From positions 8,727 through 72,726 of the forward strand of contig CAIRHC010000007.1 of assembly GCA_903878275.1 (NCBI GenBank): DNA of 64,000 bases, read 5' to 3'. The notes under the pieces were generated by a model. The model did no database searches, was not told the origin of the DNA, and was given only the letters and a program-made list of their open reading frames with translations. Shown in pieces: positions 26,701-34,386 of this stretch (position 1 is the first letter of the stretch; each line of letters starts with the position of its first letter). The position numbers were made by a program, and so were the translations under genes. Source of the DNA: Candidatus Vogelbacteria bacterium. GTDB lineage: Bacteria > Patescibacteriota > Minisyncoccia > Phycocordibacterales > XYD1-FULL-46-19.

Positions 26701-29700
26701 TGTTAATGGGAATATTCAAGGCATTGGTGTCTTGGCTGATAATGTCACAGCAAATTCTGTACAACTAGCCGGCAATGGGGGTGGCGACGGTCTTACCTCC
26801 GATTCCAATAATAAACTTCTCTGGAATAATACTCCGGTTGGAGGCAATAATACTTTTATTGGTGGTGATAGCTCCTGGGCTTCGACTACTGATTTCTTAT
26901 ATCCAAATAGTGATCAATTCAGTAAAAACGTCGGCATCGGCACCCAATCTCCGTCCGAAAAACTAGAAGTTGCTGGAAATATTAAAGCCACTGGGAATAT
27001 CAGTGCTCAAGAAGGTTATTTCAATAAACTAGCCACATTTGGTGCCGGAGCTGTTACTTTTGGAAAACATGTTGTTAGTAGTATCTTGCAAGTCAACGGT
27101 GGTGTCGATCTGGCTGTTCACACAGGCAACGTCGGCATCGGGTTGCCTAAGATTATGCAGGCTGGAGACTCTCCCGGTAACCCCTCCGCTCCTGGCATAC
27201 CAACCGCTAAGTTAGATGTCGGCGGGGATATCAAGTCAAATTCTCTGATTTTAAATTCAAAAAATAGCGCTACTGACAACAGTGGAGCTCTTGAGGTTGT
27301 AAGGATTGGTGGAGTGCCAACTGTCCCACCTTCAGACGCAGTGACGGTTTCCAGTTGTCAGTCCTGGAGGAATGGTTACCCCACAAACTTTTTTACCGCT
27401 TACGATGATGTACAAGGTTGTAATGCCGCTGTTGATGCTGGCGATTTGGTTTTCCCTCATGAGATCATTCCTGCCTCTGGCGGGACTCCAGCTTCGGGCG
27501 GATCGGTCAGTCTCTATTTCGACGGCAAACCAGTCGGCGACAATGCGTGGACCAAAAACGGTAACGATATCACCAACAGTAATACTGGCAATGTTAATAT
27601 AAATTCAAATAACATAACGATCGGACGAATGAAAAGTGATGGCTATACCCCCGACGGTACAACACTCATCTTGAGTAATCTCGAAACAAAAAATCTTTTT
27701 TCCTATGGAGGTATTTCAAACCTAGGCAATATTACTACTCAAGGCAACGTCGGTATCGTCAATAATATCACTGGATATGTTCCCCGTGGCAGTCTAGACA
27801 TCAACAAAGGTTCAGCAATGTGGTCTGGCTCCAACTACGGCAAACAACTTGTTCTAGATGCTGGTGTCGGACAAAACACCGGTATGGCAATCGTCGGAGA
27901 TAATGGGGCTGGCAAAAACTGGGGAATTACTACCACTGGTAGTGGTGACAACCTGGTTATAAGTGCAATGCCTGGCTTGGAATATAGCGATACTGGTCAT
28001 CAACCTGATAATTTTATGAATTTTAGTAGAACAACCGGTGTATCCTTCAACAAAAATGTCAGTATCACTGGCAATGTAAATGCCAGCGGAAATATCACCG
28101 GAAACGATGTCGCCGCAAATACTCTGAATGTCCCGACAATCACGACGACCAACCTTATCGCTTCTGGTTCAGTCATCTCTCCTGTTGTCGCCTTAACTAA
28201 TAATTCTGCCAACCCCGTGTATAAAAGTCTCACTATGGACAATAGTGGAAAGCTGTTGTTTGGCGGCAAACCAGTCGGCGATAACAATTGGACAAAAGAT
28301 GCCCGGGAAAATATTAGTAACAGTAATACTGGCCTAGTCTCTGTCGGTCCAGTTAAAGATTATCTTTCGAGTTCGAACATTAAATTTGCTGTTAATGGTG
28401 GTAGTATGGTGGTAAGTGATGATCTGTATGTTGGTAGTGGAGGTTCTGACCCGAAGGGTGAGCTTATTTTGCAAGGGAAGAAGGGGATTCAGTTTTTAAA
28501 TTCGCTCGAAATTAGTGATACTGCCGCGCCTAATTCTTTGTACACAAAAAACTCCGGGTCGGACCTATACTACAATGGCCTACAGATAAATACCCCACCG
28601 TCTTGGAATCCAAGTGGCAATAATATCTCATATGCTGATACCGGCAACGTCGGCATCGGCACCAATGCTCCGCTTGGAAAATTAGATATTACTGGTGGAG
28701 CATCTTCTATCCCCCCTTCTTCAGGAGTTGCCCCGGCGACATCGCTTGCTCTTCGTTTGCACGACAACTCTAATGTCGTTTTAGATTTTGGTCTGAACAA
28801 CAGTAACGGTTCGTGGTTGCAAACAGCCAACAAAACAGACTTGAATGCAAACTATCCATTATCATTAAATCCAAACGGTGGAGGCGTCATTATTGGAAAA
28901 AACCCAATAAATGGTACCATCACTGCTGGATTGACATTGGATGTAGCCGGAGCCATAAAAGGTACCGATGTTTTTGCAACTCACTTGAATGTTGCTAATA
29001 ATGATTTTAATCCACTCGAACCAGCTATCAAGGCTGCTTCATATGTCTCTGGTCGATATGGTGGAGGATATGTTATGCGGGATAATACTAATAATTATGC
29101 GGGTATGTGGACAGACAACAACGGAAATACATTGAAGTTGTCCGCTGGCGGGTCGGCAGATAGTGGTAAATTGAATACGACCAACATAATGTCCTTAAAC
29201 TACAATGGAGATGTTGATGCGACAAATTTCTGTATAACCAGAGGTACCAAACGGAAATGTCTTTCTGACCTATTATTCACAAATTCTTCAATAAAGTTGG
29301 ATTCTCTTGGTGTAGATAAGAATACTGTTTCTTTTAAGATATCTTGGGGAAAGGTAGTCGTCTCGGATACTGTTAACTGGCGAGTTGCATACAAAGACAA
29401 CACCGGGGTGGAGAAAGAAAAATACAACATACCAATCACTGAGGCTGCCGGTGAGTACTCTGGAAGTTTTGAAGTTACTGGTGCGACCGGTAACTTTGTG
29501 TTGACAGCGTCTCTTGTTTCAGGTGGGGGTATTGATGATAGTGTTTTTGCACAATTTTATATTACCCCACCACCAACACCTAGTGTTAACATTGTGTATG
29601 CTGCCTCTGAAAAATGCCCTGCACCTATTACAGATCCAAATTGTTTCTTGCCTAAGTTTCGGTTTGACTACGCAAACATTCCTGATCACTATAAAGCGAT

Positions 29701-30898
29701 TGTCAACACTACTGGTCAATGGTTGTTTCCTGCGCCAAAACCAGGCGAGGGTGCAACTCACGGACCAGTCACCGGGGAAGGGATAGACGTTGTTGGCACC
29801 AACGTATTCAATAATGATGGTTTATCTCAACCTACTTACAGTGGCGTAGGTACGAAAGAGATGACGGTTCAAATAGTATCAGAATATGACATGGAAAATG
29901 TTCTCGTGAGTGACACGGTGCAATACAATTCTGACGGTACGATAAATGTCGATAAAGGAAGAATGGTATTTGAAGCTAACGGTATCCCGAAACAAGATGC
30001 TAACGGAAATGTGACTTGGGGCGTAGGTCTCTTTAATGACGGTGATTTTGACTGGAGTAGTGGTTACAAAATTGTTTGGTCTGAAAGCCGCAATCCTACT
30101 CTTTGGTACACTTTGGCCACTCTTGACAATCTATCTCTTACAAAAGGTGCTTCGGCGAGCTTGTATGACTACAGTGCTGGTCAAAGTACTTTCAATCCAT
30201 ACACCTCCCAGGGTCTCGTTGGTGGTCTTAGTTATGACATGAGTTTTAAAATTGTGAACGGTTCTGGGGTGGCAGTGTCACCTGTCGTGAGAGAGAACGT
30301 GACTATTTTAAAGAAAGATGGCGCTTGCGGTCCTAGTAATACTGCTTCAGGAGTTGTGCCAAATCACGTGTATTCAGTAGCTGGCTATAATAATGAAATT
30401 CGAGCAGATTCTGATTCCTGTTCAGTCGGTACTGTGGCGAGCACATTTACTCTCAATCCTGGTGGTGAACCTGGTTGGACTTGTGGCGGCTCTGGTAGTG
30501 GAACAATCAACCCGTCTCCTGACTGTAAGGGTTACTTTGCTCCGACTGCAAAGAGAGCCCCAACATATACTGTCCCATGGAGGCATACTAATAATGGCTA
30601 TTATGTAAATGTATATGATAATCAACAAATCGACCATGTAAATACTGCCACAGGGGGAGGGCTACCTTGTGTAATACGAGCATTATCAGAATTAGGGAGT
30701 GATCAGATATCTTGGATTGCTGCTAGACTTAACGCCTATGGTGCGAATAGCGGCGGGGCGCTAGAGTTAAAAATAGCTGAACCGGCATACGGGATGAGCA
30801 AGGTAACACTGGCATGGCTGTGTATGGGTGTGGACGAGAACTGGTATGAGGTTCCTAATGCTGGGCAGGTTTATAACCCTCCATTGACCACAGATTAG
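23768..30898 (+). CDS. Giant secreted surface protein (2376 aa), Gly/Thr/Asn-rich with recurring (N/S)VGIGT...KLDV motifs and internal ~100-aa duplications
   Basis: Signal peptide MSKYQKLIPTLKMLLLVVALLASSTVALA; at least 7 copies of the (V/I)GIGT motif; a duplicated block PRGSLDINKGSAMWS..NYGKQLVLDAG.GQNTGMAIVGD...NWGIT...ISAMP......F.R.TGVSFNKNV at about 26420-26720 and 27780-28090; Cys-containing C-terminal region; minus-strand ORFs inside it are antisense artefacts. Confidence 0.85.
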   Translation: MSKYQKLIPTLKMLLLVVALLASSTVALADYSAPTDSPPTCNPNTPGCLVPINVGTSSASSQEKKGLLSLGVLSLISGYVDTTLEAAKNMVATIVSDTTSLNIFGRGTFPNRVTKVWDNLWVTGTASSTNVVTTNLYATSTYATHYYCADGGTTCGIGGTAGVKTITGNTGITASSPDSSGNVNLTNTGIVGIEPGNGIEVSSKDSNGKVTITNKNPNAGVSQITSTGGTVKITPTDGGGKGIVNLEVDPTKIVTGVSGLKKSGSITLTGTETDGVYTGEVTIGGGGPGESVWVPNYNDPDQQGHIGVNYPAGAVGIGEHSPNHQLELGTNFTGSTAAQDELFGDMMASFLVLNYFETNPISSVASSRVINALYSVKRAGTDGNTPPYKQTDLYFNENKVATNENINNIIQECINAGSCSSFGDNLWSVSTDANGKKTMAPNGNPDIISLGTVNTGELGATDIKTIGGGLGNITAGRYVYANQGLYLGKPDPSVLGQSSVSQLIGDERILKWEDSPVLTLKNYADYITNLGDNSWIVGDGTISLKTPANKVNIDSKDITIGKMTADNVSDGTVTVLSNLVTKNIDTPNDITAGNINAVYDVKANRVITGQDLQLGLANSIIRQQKIGDTDASALTFLTGGQAAANIYSGGLSVATQYTAASIPPNKGAYIEGSVGIGTQPATDMKLDVVGNIKASDKVLASNLCTVDGANCKSTGDIINNFGGTNVWETSSYPNAVTGPNIQAEYSDARAGNTGVVAKNMNALGSSGFGAIKDYDPTKQAPGAPYVGDPFRDSIRFMAYGSSISEGLDSIKKSGAEIMSGVNMTGGLSITAGAPAGDIRFYAGGRKAENRIMTLTKANGKQYIQAPSATLGVKDITADSVGIGTAAPRGSLDINKGSAMWSSYNYGKQLVLDAGTGQNTGMAIVGDDAKSKNWGITAGSDGESLTISAMPKLDDFSTPPDGFMSFNRATGVSFNKNVGVNGNIQGIGVLADNVTANSVQLAGNGGGDGLTSDSNNKLLWNNTPVGGNNTFIGGDSSWASTTDFLYPNSDQFSKNVGIGTQSPSEKLEVAGNIKATGNISAQEGYFNKLATFGAGAVTFGKHVVSSILQVNGGVDLAVHTGNVGIGLPKIMQAGDSPGNPSAPGIPTAKLDVGGDIKSNSLILNSKNSATDNSGALEVVRIGGVPTVPPSDAVTVSSCQSWRNGYPTNFFTAYDDVQGCNAAVDAGDLVFPHEIIPASGGTPASGGSVSLYFDGKPVGDNAWTKNGNDITNSNTGNVNINSNNITIGRMKSDGYTPDGTTLILSNLETKNLFSYGGISNLGNITTQGNVGIVNNITGYVPRGSLDINKGSAMWSGSNYGKQLVLDAGVGQNTGMAIVGDNGAGKNWGITTTGSGDNLVISAMPGLEYSDTGHQPDNFMNFSRTTGVSFNKNVSITGNVNASGNITGNDVAANTLNVPTITTTNLIASGSVISPVVALTNNSANPVYKSLTMDNSGKLLFGGKPVGDNNWTKDARENISNSNTGLVSVGPVKDYLSSSNIKFAVNGGSMVVSDDLYVGSGGSDPKGELILQGKKGIQFLNSLEISDTAAPNSLYTKNSGSDLYYNGLQINTPPSWNPSGNNISYADTGNVGIGTNAPLGKLDITGGASSIPPSSGVAPATSLALRLHDNSNVVLDFGLNNSNGSWLQTANKTDLNANYPLSLNPNGGGVIIGKNPINGTITAGLTLDVAGAIKGTDVFATHLNVANNDFNPLEPAIKAASYVSGRYGGGYVMRDNTNNYAGMWTDNNGNTLKLSAGGSADSGKLNTTNIMSLNYNGDVDATNFCITRGTKRKCLSDLLFTNSSIKLDSLGVDKNTVSFKISWGKVVVSDTVNWRVAYKDNTGVEKEKYNIPITEAAGEYSGSFEVTGATGNFVLTASLVSGGGIDDSVFAQFYITPPPTPSVNIVYAASEKCPAPITDPNCFLPKFRFDYANIPDHYKAIVNTTGQWLFPAPKPGEGATHGPVTGEGIDVVGTNVFNNDGLSQPTYSGVGTKEMTVQIVSEYDMENVLVSDTVQYNSDGTINVDKGRMVFEANGIPKQDANGNVTWGVGLFNDGDFDWSSGYKIVWSESRNPTLWYTLATLDNLSLTKGASASLYDYSAGQSTFNPYTSQGLVGGLSYDMSFKIVNGSGVAVSPVVRENVTILKKDGACGPSNTASGVVPNHVYSVAGYNNEIRADSDSCSVGTVASTFTLNPGGEPGWTCGGSGSGTINPSPDCKGYFAPTAKRAPTYTVPWRHTNNGYYVNVYDNQQIDHVNTATGGGLPCVIRALSELGSDQISWIAARLNAYGANSGGALELKIAEPAYGMSKVTLAWLCMGVDENWYEVPNAGQVYNPPLTTD

Positions 30899-30934
30899 TA
30901 GCCGGAGGAGGCGAAGCCTTCGCTCTGGGTGCCA

Positions 30935-31150
30935 CAATAGGGGGAGGTCGAACCTCACCTCAAGGTGCCAAATAGGGGGAGGTCGAACCTCACCTCAAGG
31001 TGCCAAATGTGTTGTAATATAATTTGTTAACGAGGCGGGAAAAATGTGTTGTAATTTGCTGACGATAGGATAATTAAAAAAGAAAAAACCACCCCAGGAA
31101 TTTCGCCTAGCAAAATTCCTGGGGTGGTTTAGTTTTCCGGTTTTTGTTTT
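30935..31150 (+). repeat. Cassette-punctuating repeat unit 1 (with 34-nt tandem duplication and terminator hairpin)
   Basis: AATAGGGGGAGGTCGAACCTCACCTCAAGGTGCC occurs twice in tandem, followed by AAATGTGTTGTAAT...GCTGACGATAGGATAAT and then the hairpin CCACCCCAGGAATTT-CGCCTAGCA-AAATTCCTGGGGTGG + TTTAG. Confidence 0.7.
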
Positions 31151-31191
31151 TTCTCTTTTTTTTACAAAAGACTTCGTTTGGAAATAATGTT

Positions 31192-31202
31192 TGTGATATA
31201 AT
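31192..31202 (+). promoter_or_regulatory. Extended -10 promoter (TGTGATATAAT) 9 nt upstream of the ATG, giving a near-leaderless mRNA
   Basis: The same 60-nt promoter segment (TTTTACA[A/G]GAGACTTCGTTTGGAAATAATGTTTGTG[A/C]TATAAT) precedes the NYN fragment, with its -10 at 33044-33054. Confidence 0.5.
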
Positions 31203-31211
31203 CTTCTCAAG

Positions 31212-31601
31212 ATGATAAAAAGATTTTTGGAGTGGCTGGAGTTAAAAGTAAAACTTAATGATTTAGAAAGCGAGCCACCAATCGTTCATGAAAGAGAGCT
31301 TTGGTGGATTAGTTTTGGTGAAAATATTGGTTCGGAAATTGACGGGAAAAGTCAATTGTTTTCTCGTCCCGGTTTAATTCTCAAGAAACTATCCCGTAGT
31401 TTCTATCTTGTTGCTCCGACGACATCTCAAATAAAAACCGGTTCTTGGTATTCAACGATAAAACACAAGGGTAAAGAGATGTCTGTTTGTTTACATCAGG
31501 TCAGAACGGTTGATTGTCGACGTTTATCTAGCTTAATGGGGCAAGTTGACGAAAAAGATTTTACCGTAATCAAAGAGTCATTTTTCAAATTATATCGGTA
31601 A
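31212..31601 (+). CDS. MazF/PemK/EndoA-family toxin homolog (paralog of 21248-21640) with N-terminal extension; no antitoxin
   Basis: RELWWISFGENIGSEIDGKSQLFSRPGLILKK...VAPTTSQ...HQVRTVDCRRLSSLMGQVDEKDFTVIKESF aligns with EndoA (RPVLVIQ...ITAQ...EQIRTIDKQRL...LDDEMMDKVDEAL). Confidence 0.7.
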   Translation: MIKRFLEWLELKVKLNDLESEPPIVHERELWWISFGENIGSEIDGKSQLFSRPGLILKKLSRSFYLVAPTTSQIKTGSWYSTIKHKGKEMSVCLHQVRTVDCRRLSSLMGQVDEKDFTVIKESFFKLYR

Positions 31602-31716
31602 AGTTACTTGAAAAAAATATTCCTCACCTTTTTATGGGTGAGGCCGTGGCTAAATGCCGAATGTATTTTTAGTATAGACCTTATTTAAAAAAAGTCAAAT
31701 TTTACTGTTTTAACTC

Positions 31717-31845
31717 CTCCGAAAGTCGAGGTCGAACCTCATATTCGGGAAAAATGTGTTGTAATTTGTCGATGGTAGGCTAATCAAAAAAGAAAAAACC
31801 ACCCAAGGAATTTCGCTAGACGAAATTCCTTGGGTGGAGTTGTTT
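31717..31845 (+). repeat. Cassette-punctuating repeat unit 2
   Basis: GAGGTCGAACCTCA...AAATGTGTTGTAATTTGTCGATGGTAGGCTAATCAAAAAAGAAAAAA + hairpin CCACCCAAGGAATTTCG-CTAGA-CGAAATTCCTTGGGTGG; the compensatory CCAGG>CAAGG / CCTGG>CTTGG change preserves the stem. Confidence 0.7.
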
Positions 31846-31902
31846 TTTGGTCAGTTTTATCAACTTTATAAACTTACAGTATTTTGACAAACTTTATAAA
31901 GT

Positions 31903-32844
31903 TTGCTAATATCAGTTTTAATGACGATTAAAGAAAAATTACAAATTATCAAACAAACTACCGGTTTAACTCAAACCAAACTGGCAGAGCGCTTAGGCGT
32001 GTCTTTTGTCACCTTTAATAGTTGGTGGACGGGGAAAACCTTGCCTCGTTTGAAAAAGCAGGTTCTTATTGGCGAGTTGTTTCTAACCTTAACTGGTCAG
32101 AAAATTATCCCGACCGAACAACTGCTCGCGAAGAAGCAAGCTCTACAAAAAAAATCAGCTGAACACAAGAGTGTTATTTCTGAAATATTAAATAATCCAG
32201 ATCTTCGAGATAGTTTCCTGTTAAAACTTACTTACAATAGTAATAAAATTGAAGGGAGCACTTTGTCTGAATCAGAGACTGCCGCGATTCTTTTTGATAA
32301 CACCGCTTTACCAGACAAAAGTTTAATCGAACAATTAGAAGCCAAAAATCACCAGACTGCTCTTAATTATCTTTTTGATTATATCGCAAAAAATGATGAG
32401 TTGACTGAAAAATTGGTGTTAAAACTTCACAGTATTTTAATGAATGGCATTCGTGATGATGCTGGGGTTTATCGTAACCATGGCGTCAGAATTCTTGGGG
32501 TTGATTTGCCGACCGCTAATTATTTGAAAGTCCCCGAATTGATTCCCGGTATAATTAGGAGGGCGAATAGTAAATCTAAAGATGTCGTGGCTTTGTCGGC
32601 AGAAATTCATAGTCGGTTTGAACAAATCCACCCTTTTTCTGACGGTAACGGTCGGATCGGACGGATTTTGATGACCGCGATGTTGCTTCGGGCAAACATG
32701 GCGCCAGCGATAGTTAAACAGGAAGACAAACAGTTTTATTATGCTTGTCTTTATGGGGCTCAAGTCAAAGAAAACTATAACCAGTTAGAAGATTTTTTGT
32801 GTGATGCCATAACAAACGGTTTTAAAGTCTTGGAGCGAGATTAA
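31903..32844 (+). CDS. Fic/Doc-family protein (AMPylator) with N-terminal XRE-type HTH
   Basis: Fic motif HPFSDGNGRIGR; N-terminal LTQTKLAERLGVSFVTFNSWWTG helix-turn-helix; likely true start MTIKEK at 31921. Confidence 0.9.
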   Translation: MLISVLMTIKEKLQIIKQTTGLTQTKLAERLGVSFVTFNSWWTGKTLPRLKKQVLIGELFLTLTGQKIIPTEQLLAKKQALQKKSAEHKSVISEILNNPDLRDSFLLKLTYNSNKIEGSTLSESETAAILFDNTALPDKSLIEQLEAKNHQTALNYLFDYIAKNDELTEKLVLKLHSILMNGIRDDAGVYRNHGVRILGVDLPTANYLKVPELIPGIIRRANSKSKDVVALSAEIHSRFEQIHPFSDGNGRIGRILMTAMLLRANMAPAIVKQEDKQFYYACLYGAQVKENYNQLEDFLCDAITNGFKVLERD

Positions 32845-32846
32845 AC

Positions 32847-33000
32847 CGAAAGTCGCCGAAAGTCGAGGTCGAACCTCACCTCAAGGTGCCAAATGTGTTG
32901 TAATTTCCTGACGGTAGGATAATCAAAAACGAAAAAACCACCCCAGGAATTTCGCTTAGCGAAATTCCTGGGGTGGTTTTAGTCCTCTGGTTTTTATAAT
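32847..33000 (+). repeat. Cassette-punctuating repeat unit 3
   Basis: CGAAAGTCGAGGTCGAACCTCACCTCAAGGTGCCAAATGTGTTGTAATTTCCTGACGGTAGGATAATCAAAAACGAAAAAA + hairpin CCACCCCAGGAATTTCGC-TTAG-GCGAAATTCCTGGGGTGG + TTTTAG. Confidence 0.7.
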
Positions 33001-33061
33001 ATTTTTTCTTTTTTTACAGGAGACTTCGTTTGGAAATAATGTTTGTGCTATAATCAGAAAA

Positions 33062-33241
33062 ATGAAGAAAGAAAATAACTATGCCTTTATTGATAGTCAG
33101 AATTTGAATTTGGCAATTAGATATTTAGGGTGGGAATTGGATTTTGCTAAGTTTCGAATTTATCTAAAAGATTGTTTTGGCGTAGATAAAGCCTATCTTT
33201 TTATCGGTTTTGTAAACGACAATCAACCGCTTTATACTTAA
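33062..33241 (+). pseudogene. Truncated N-terminal fragment (59 aa) of an NYN-domain gene, paralogous to 12953-13477
   Basis: Own translation: MKKENNYAFIDSQNLNLAIRYLGWELDFAKFRIYLKDCFGVDKAYLFIGFVNDNQPLYT*. This matches the first ~55 aa of the full-length paralog (MKKENNLAFIDGQNLHLGTKLNNWVVDLYKFRIYLKDKYHVTEAYYFLGCV), then a stop. It is driven by the duplicated extended -10 promoter at 33044-33054. Confidence 0.6.
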
Positions 33242-33345
33242 GAAAAAGAGGCATAACCTAGGGACGAAACCCTTCGGGCAGCCTCTTTATCGTGATAGTT
33301 TAATAATAGCAAATATGGCTGATGTGTCAACGTAAGCTTAGTTAA

Positions 33346-33386
33346 AACATCGAAACCCCACATTGCTGTGGGGTTTCTCGGAGGCC
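33346..33386 (+). terminator. Terminator AAACCCCACATTGCTGTGGGGTTTCTCGGAGGCC, same family as 21641-21682
   Basis: Hairpin + T-run; shares the AAACCCC...GGGGTTTCTCGGAG framework. Confidence 0.5.
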
Positions 33387-33491
33387 GAAGCCATAATACT
33401 TATTATAATATACCACTTATTTTTTTAAGCAAGGGCGGGGGCGGTTTAGTTTCCGGTTTTTCTGATCTTTTCTAGCCACATTTCTTGTTTT

Positions 33492-33920
33492 ATGCTAAAA
33501 TTACAGTATATGGTTATCGATGTGGAAAAAAGAGATGAAATCATTGAATACTGGCGGGAAGGAGCGGGAGAAGCGCTTGAAAACGCTGAATATTTAATGG
33601 AGAAGAAAAGTTTTTCCTATGCTTTATTTTTTGCTCATTTAGCGACAGAAAAAATTCTTAAATCTCTGGTGATTAAGAAAACCAACGACCATGCTCCTCG
33701 GACTCATGATTTACTCTATTTGGTCGGGTTGTCGGGGGTTGATTTATCAAAAAGCCAAGAGAATCTGTTGTTAGAAATTGGTAAATTCAATATTGAAGGT
33801 CGTTATCCAGAAGAAAAACAAGAAGCTTCAAAAAAAATTAACCAAGCAATGGTAGAAAATTATCTAATTAAAATTAAAGAATTATATTTATGGTTATCGT
33901 CGGAGCAGAAAGAAAAATAA
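33492..33920 (+). CDS. HEPN-domain protein (toxin component of a HEPN/MNT module)
   Basis: All-helical; ALFFAHLATEKILKSLVIKK...HDLLYLV resembles HEPN helices; immediately followed by and overlapping an MNT nucleotidyltransferase gene. Confidence 0.6.
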   Translation: MLKLQYMVIDVEKRDEIIEYWREGAGEALENAEYLMEKKSFSYALFFAHLATEKILKSLVIKKTNDHAPRTHDLLYLVGLSGVDLSKSQENLLLEIGKFNIEGRYPEEKQEASKKINQAMVENYLIKIKELYLWLSSEQKEK

Positions 33921-34231
33921 TTAGTAGCGAGGAAATTAAAAAAATCCTGGCTCTTTTTAAAGAAAAGTTGGTGGCAGAAAAAGTGCCTTTTGCGAGCATT
34001 TATCTTTTTGGTTCTTATGCGACAGGCGAGGCTGACCGTGATAGTGATATTGATATTGCGGTGGTGATTTCGCCAAAGGCGAAAATTGACGAGGAGCTCG
34101 TTGACCATTGGCGTTGGTTAGCTAAAGAGATAAATGTTAAGACTGAAGTGCATATTATCAAAACTGAAGATTTTGATAATCGCTATCTATCTTTACCCGC
34201 TTATATTAAAAAAGACGGGATTGTTGTTTAG
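33890..34231 (+). CDS. Minimal nucleotidyltransferase (MNT) antitoxin-type protein
   Basis: GS-x9-DxD polymerase-beta-type motif LFGSYATGEADRDSDIDIAVV; overlaps the HEPN gene by 31 nt. Confidence 0.8.
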   Translation: MVIVGAERKIISSEEIKKILALFKEKLVAEKVPFASIYLFGSYATGEADRDSDIDIAVVISPKAKIDEELVDHWRWLAKEINVKTEVHIIKTEDFDNRYLSLPAYIKKDGIVV

Positions 34232-34232
34232 G

Positions 34233-34345
34233 GTAATATAATTTGCTGACGAGAAAATAATCAAAAACGAAAAAACCACCCCAGGAATTTCGCTTAGCGA
34301 AATTCCTGGGGTGGTTTTAGATTTCTGGTTTTTCTGATTTTTTTC
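34233..34345 (+). repeat. Cassette-punctuating repeat unit 4 (lacks the GAGGTCGAACCTC head)
   Basis: GGTAATATAATTTGCTGACGAGAAAATAATCAAAAACGAAAAAA + hairpin CCACCCCAGGAATTTCGC-TTAG-GCGAAATTCCTGGGGTGG + TTTTAG, directly upstream of pilB. Confidence 0.7.
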
Positions 34346-34386
34346 TTTCTCTTTTTCTGTTGTTCTGTTAAAATTAAATAAGTTTT

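Noticed and set aside
23832-30958. About 20 minus-strand ORFs of 60-150 aa inside the giant gene
   Set aside because: They are antisense to a continuous 7.1-kb ORF with signal peptide and internal protein-level repeats. Low-complexity Gly/Thr codons create open antisense frames.
30935-31002. Tandem 34-nt direct repeat (two copies) as a possible CRISPR array
   Set aside because: There are only two copies, they are directly adjacent without spacers, and the repeat is part of the larger cassette-boundary unit. No cas genes are in the window.
33241-33300. GGGACGAAACCC...TTCG hairpin after the NYN fragment as a possible hammerhead ribozyme
   Set aside because: It contains CGAAAC but no CUGAUGA core or appropriate three-stem junction, so it reads as a simple nested hairpin or terminator.
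30899-34345. Calling the repeat array a classical integron
   Set aside because: No IntI-type integrase, attI or Pc promoter is in the window. The boundary units are nearly identical to each other, unlike attC sites, which conserve structure but not sequence. It is reported only as integron-like.
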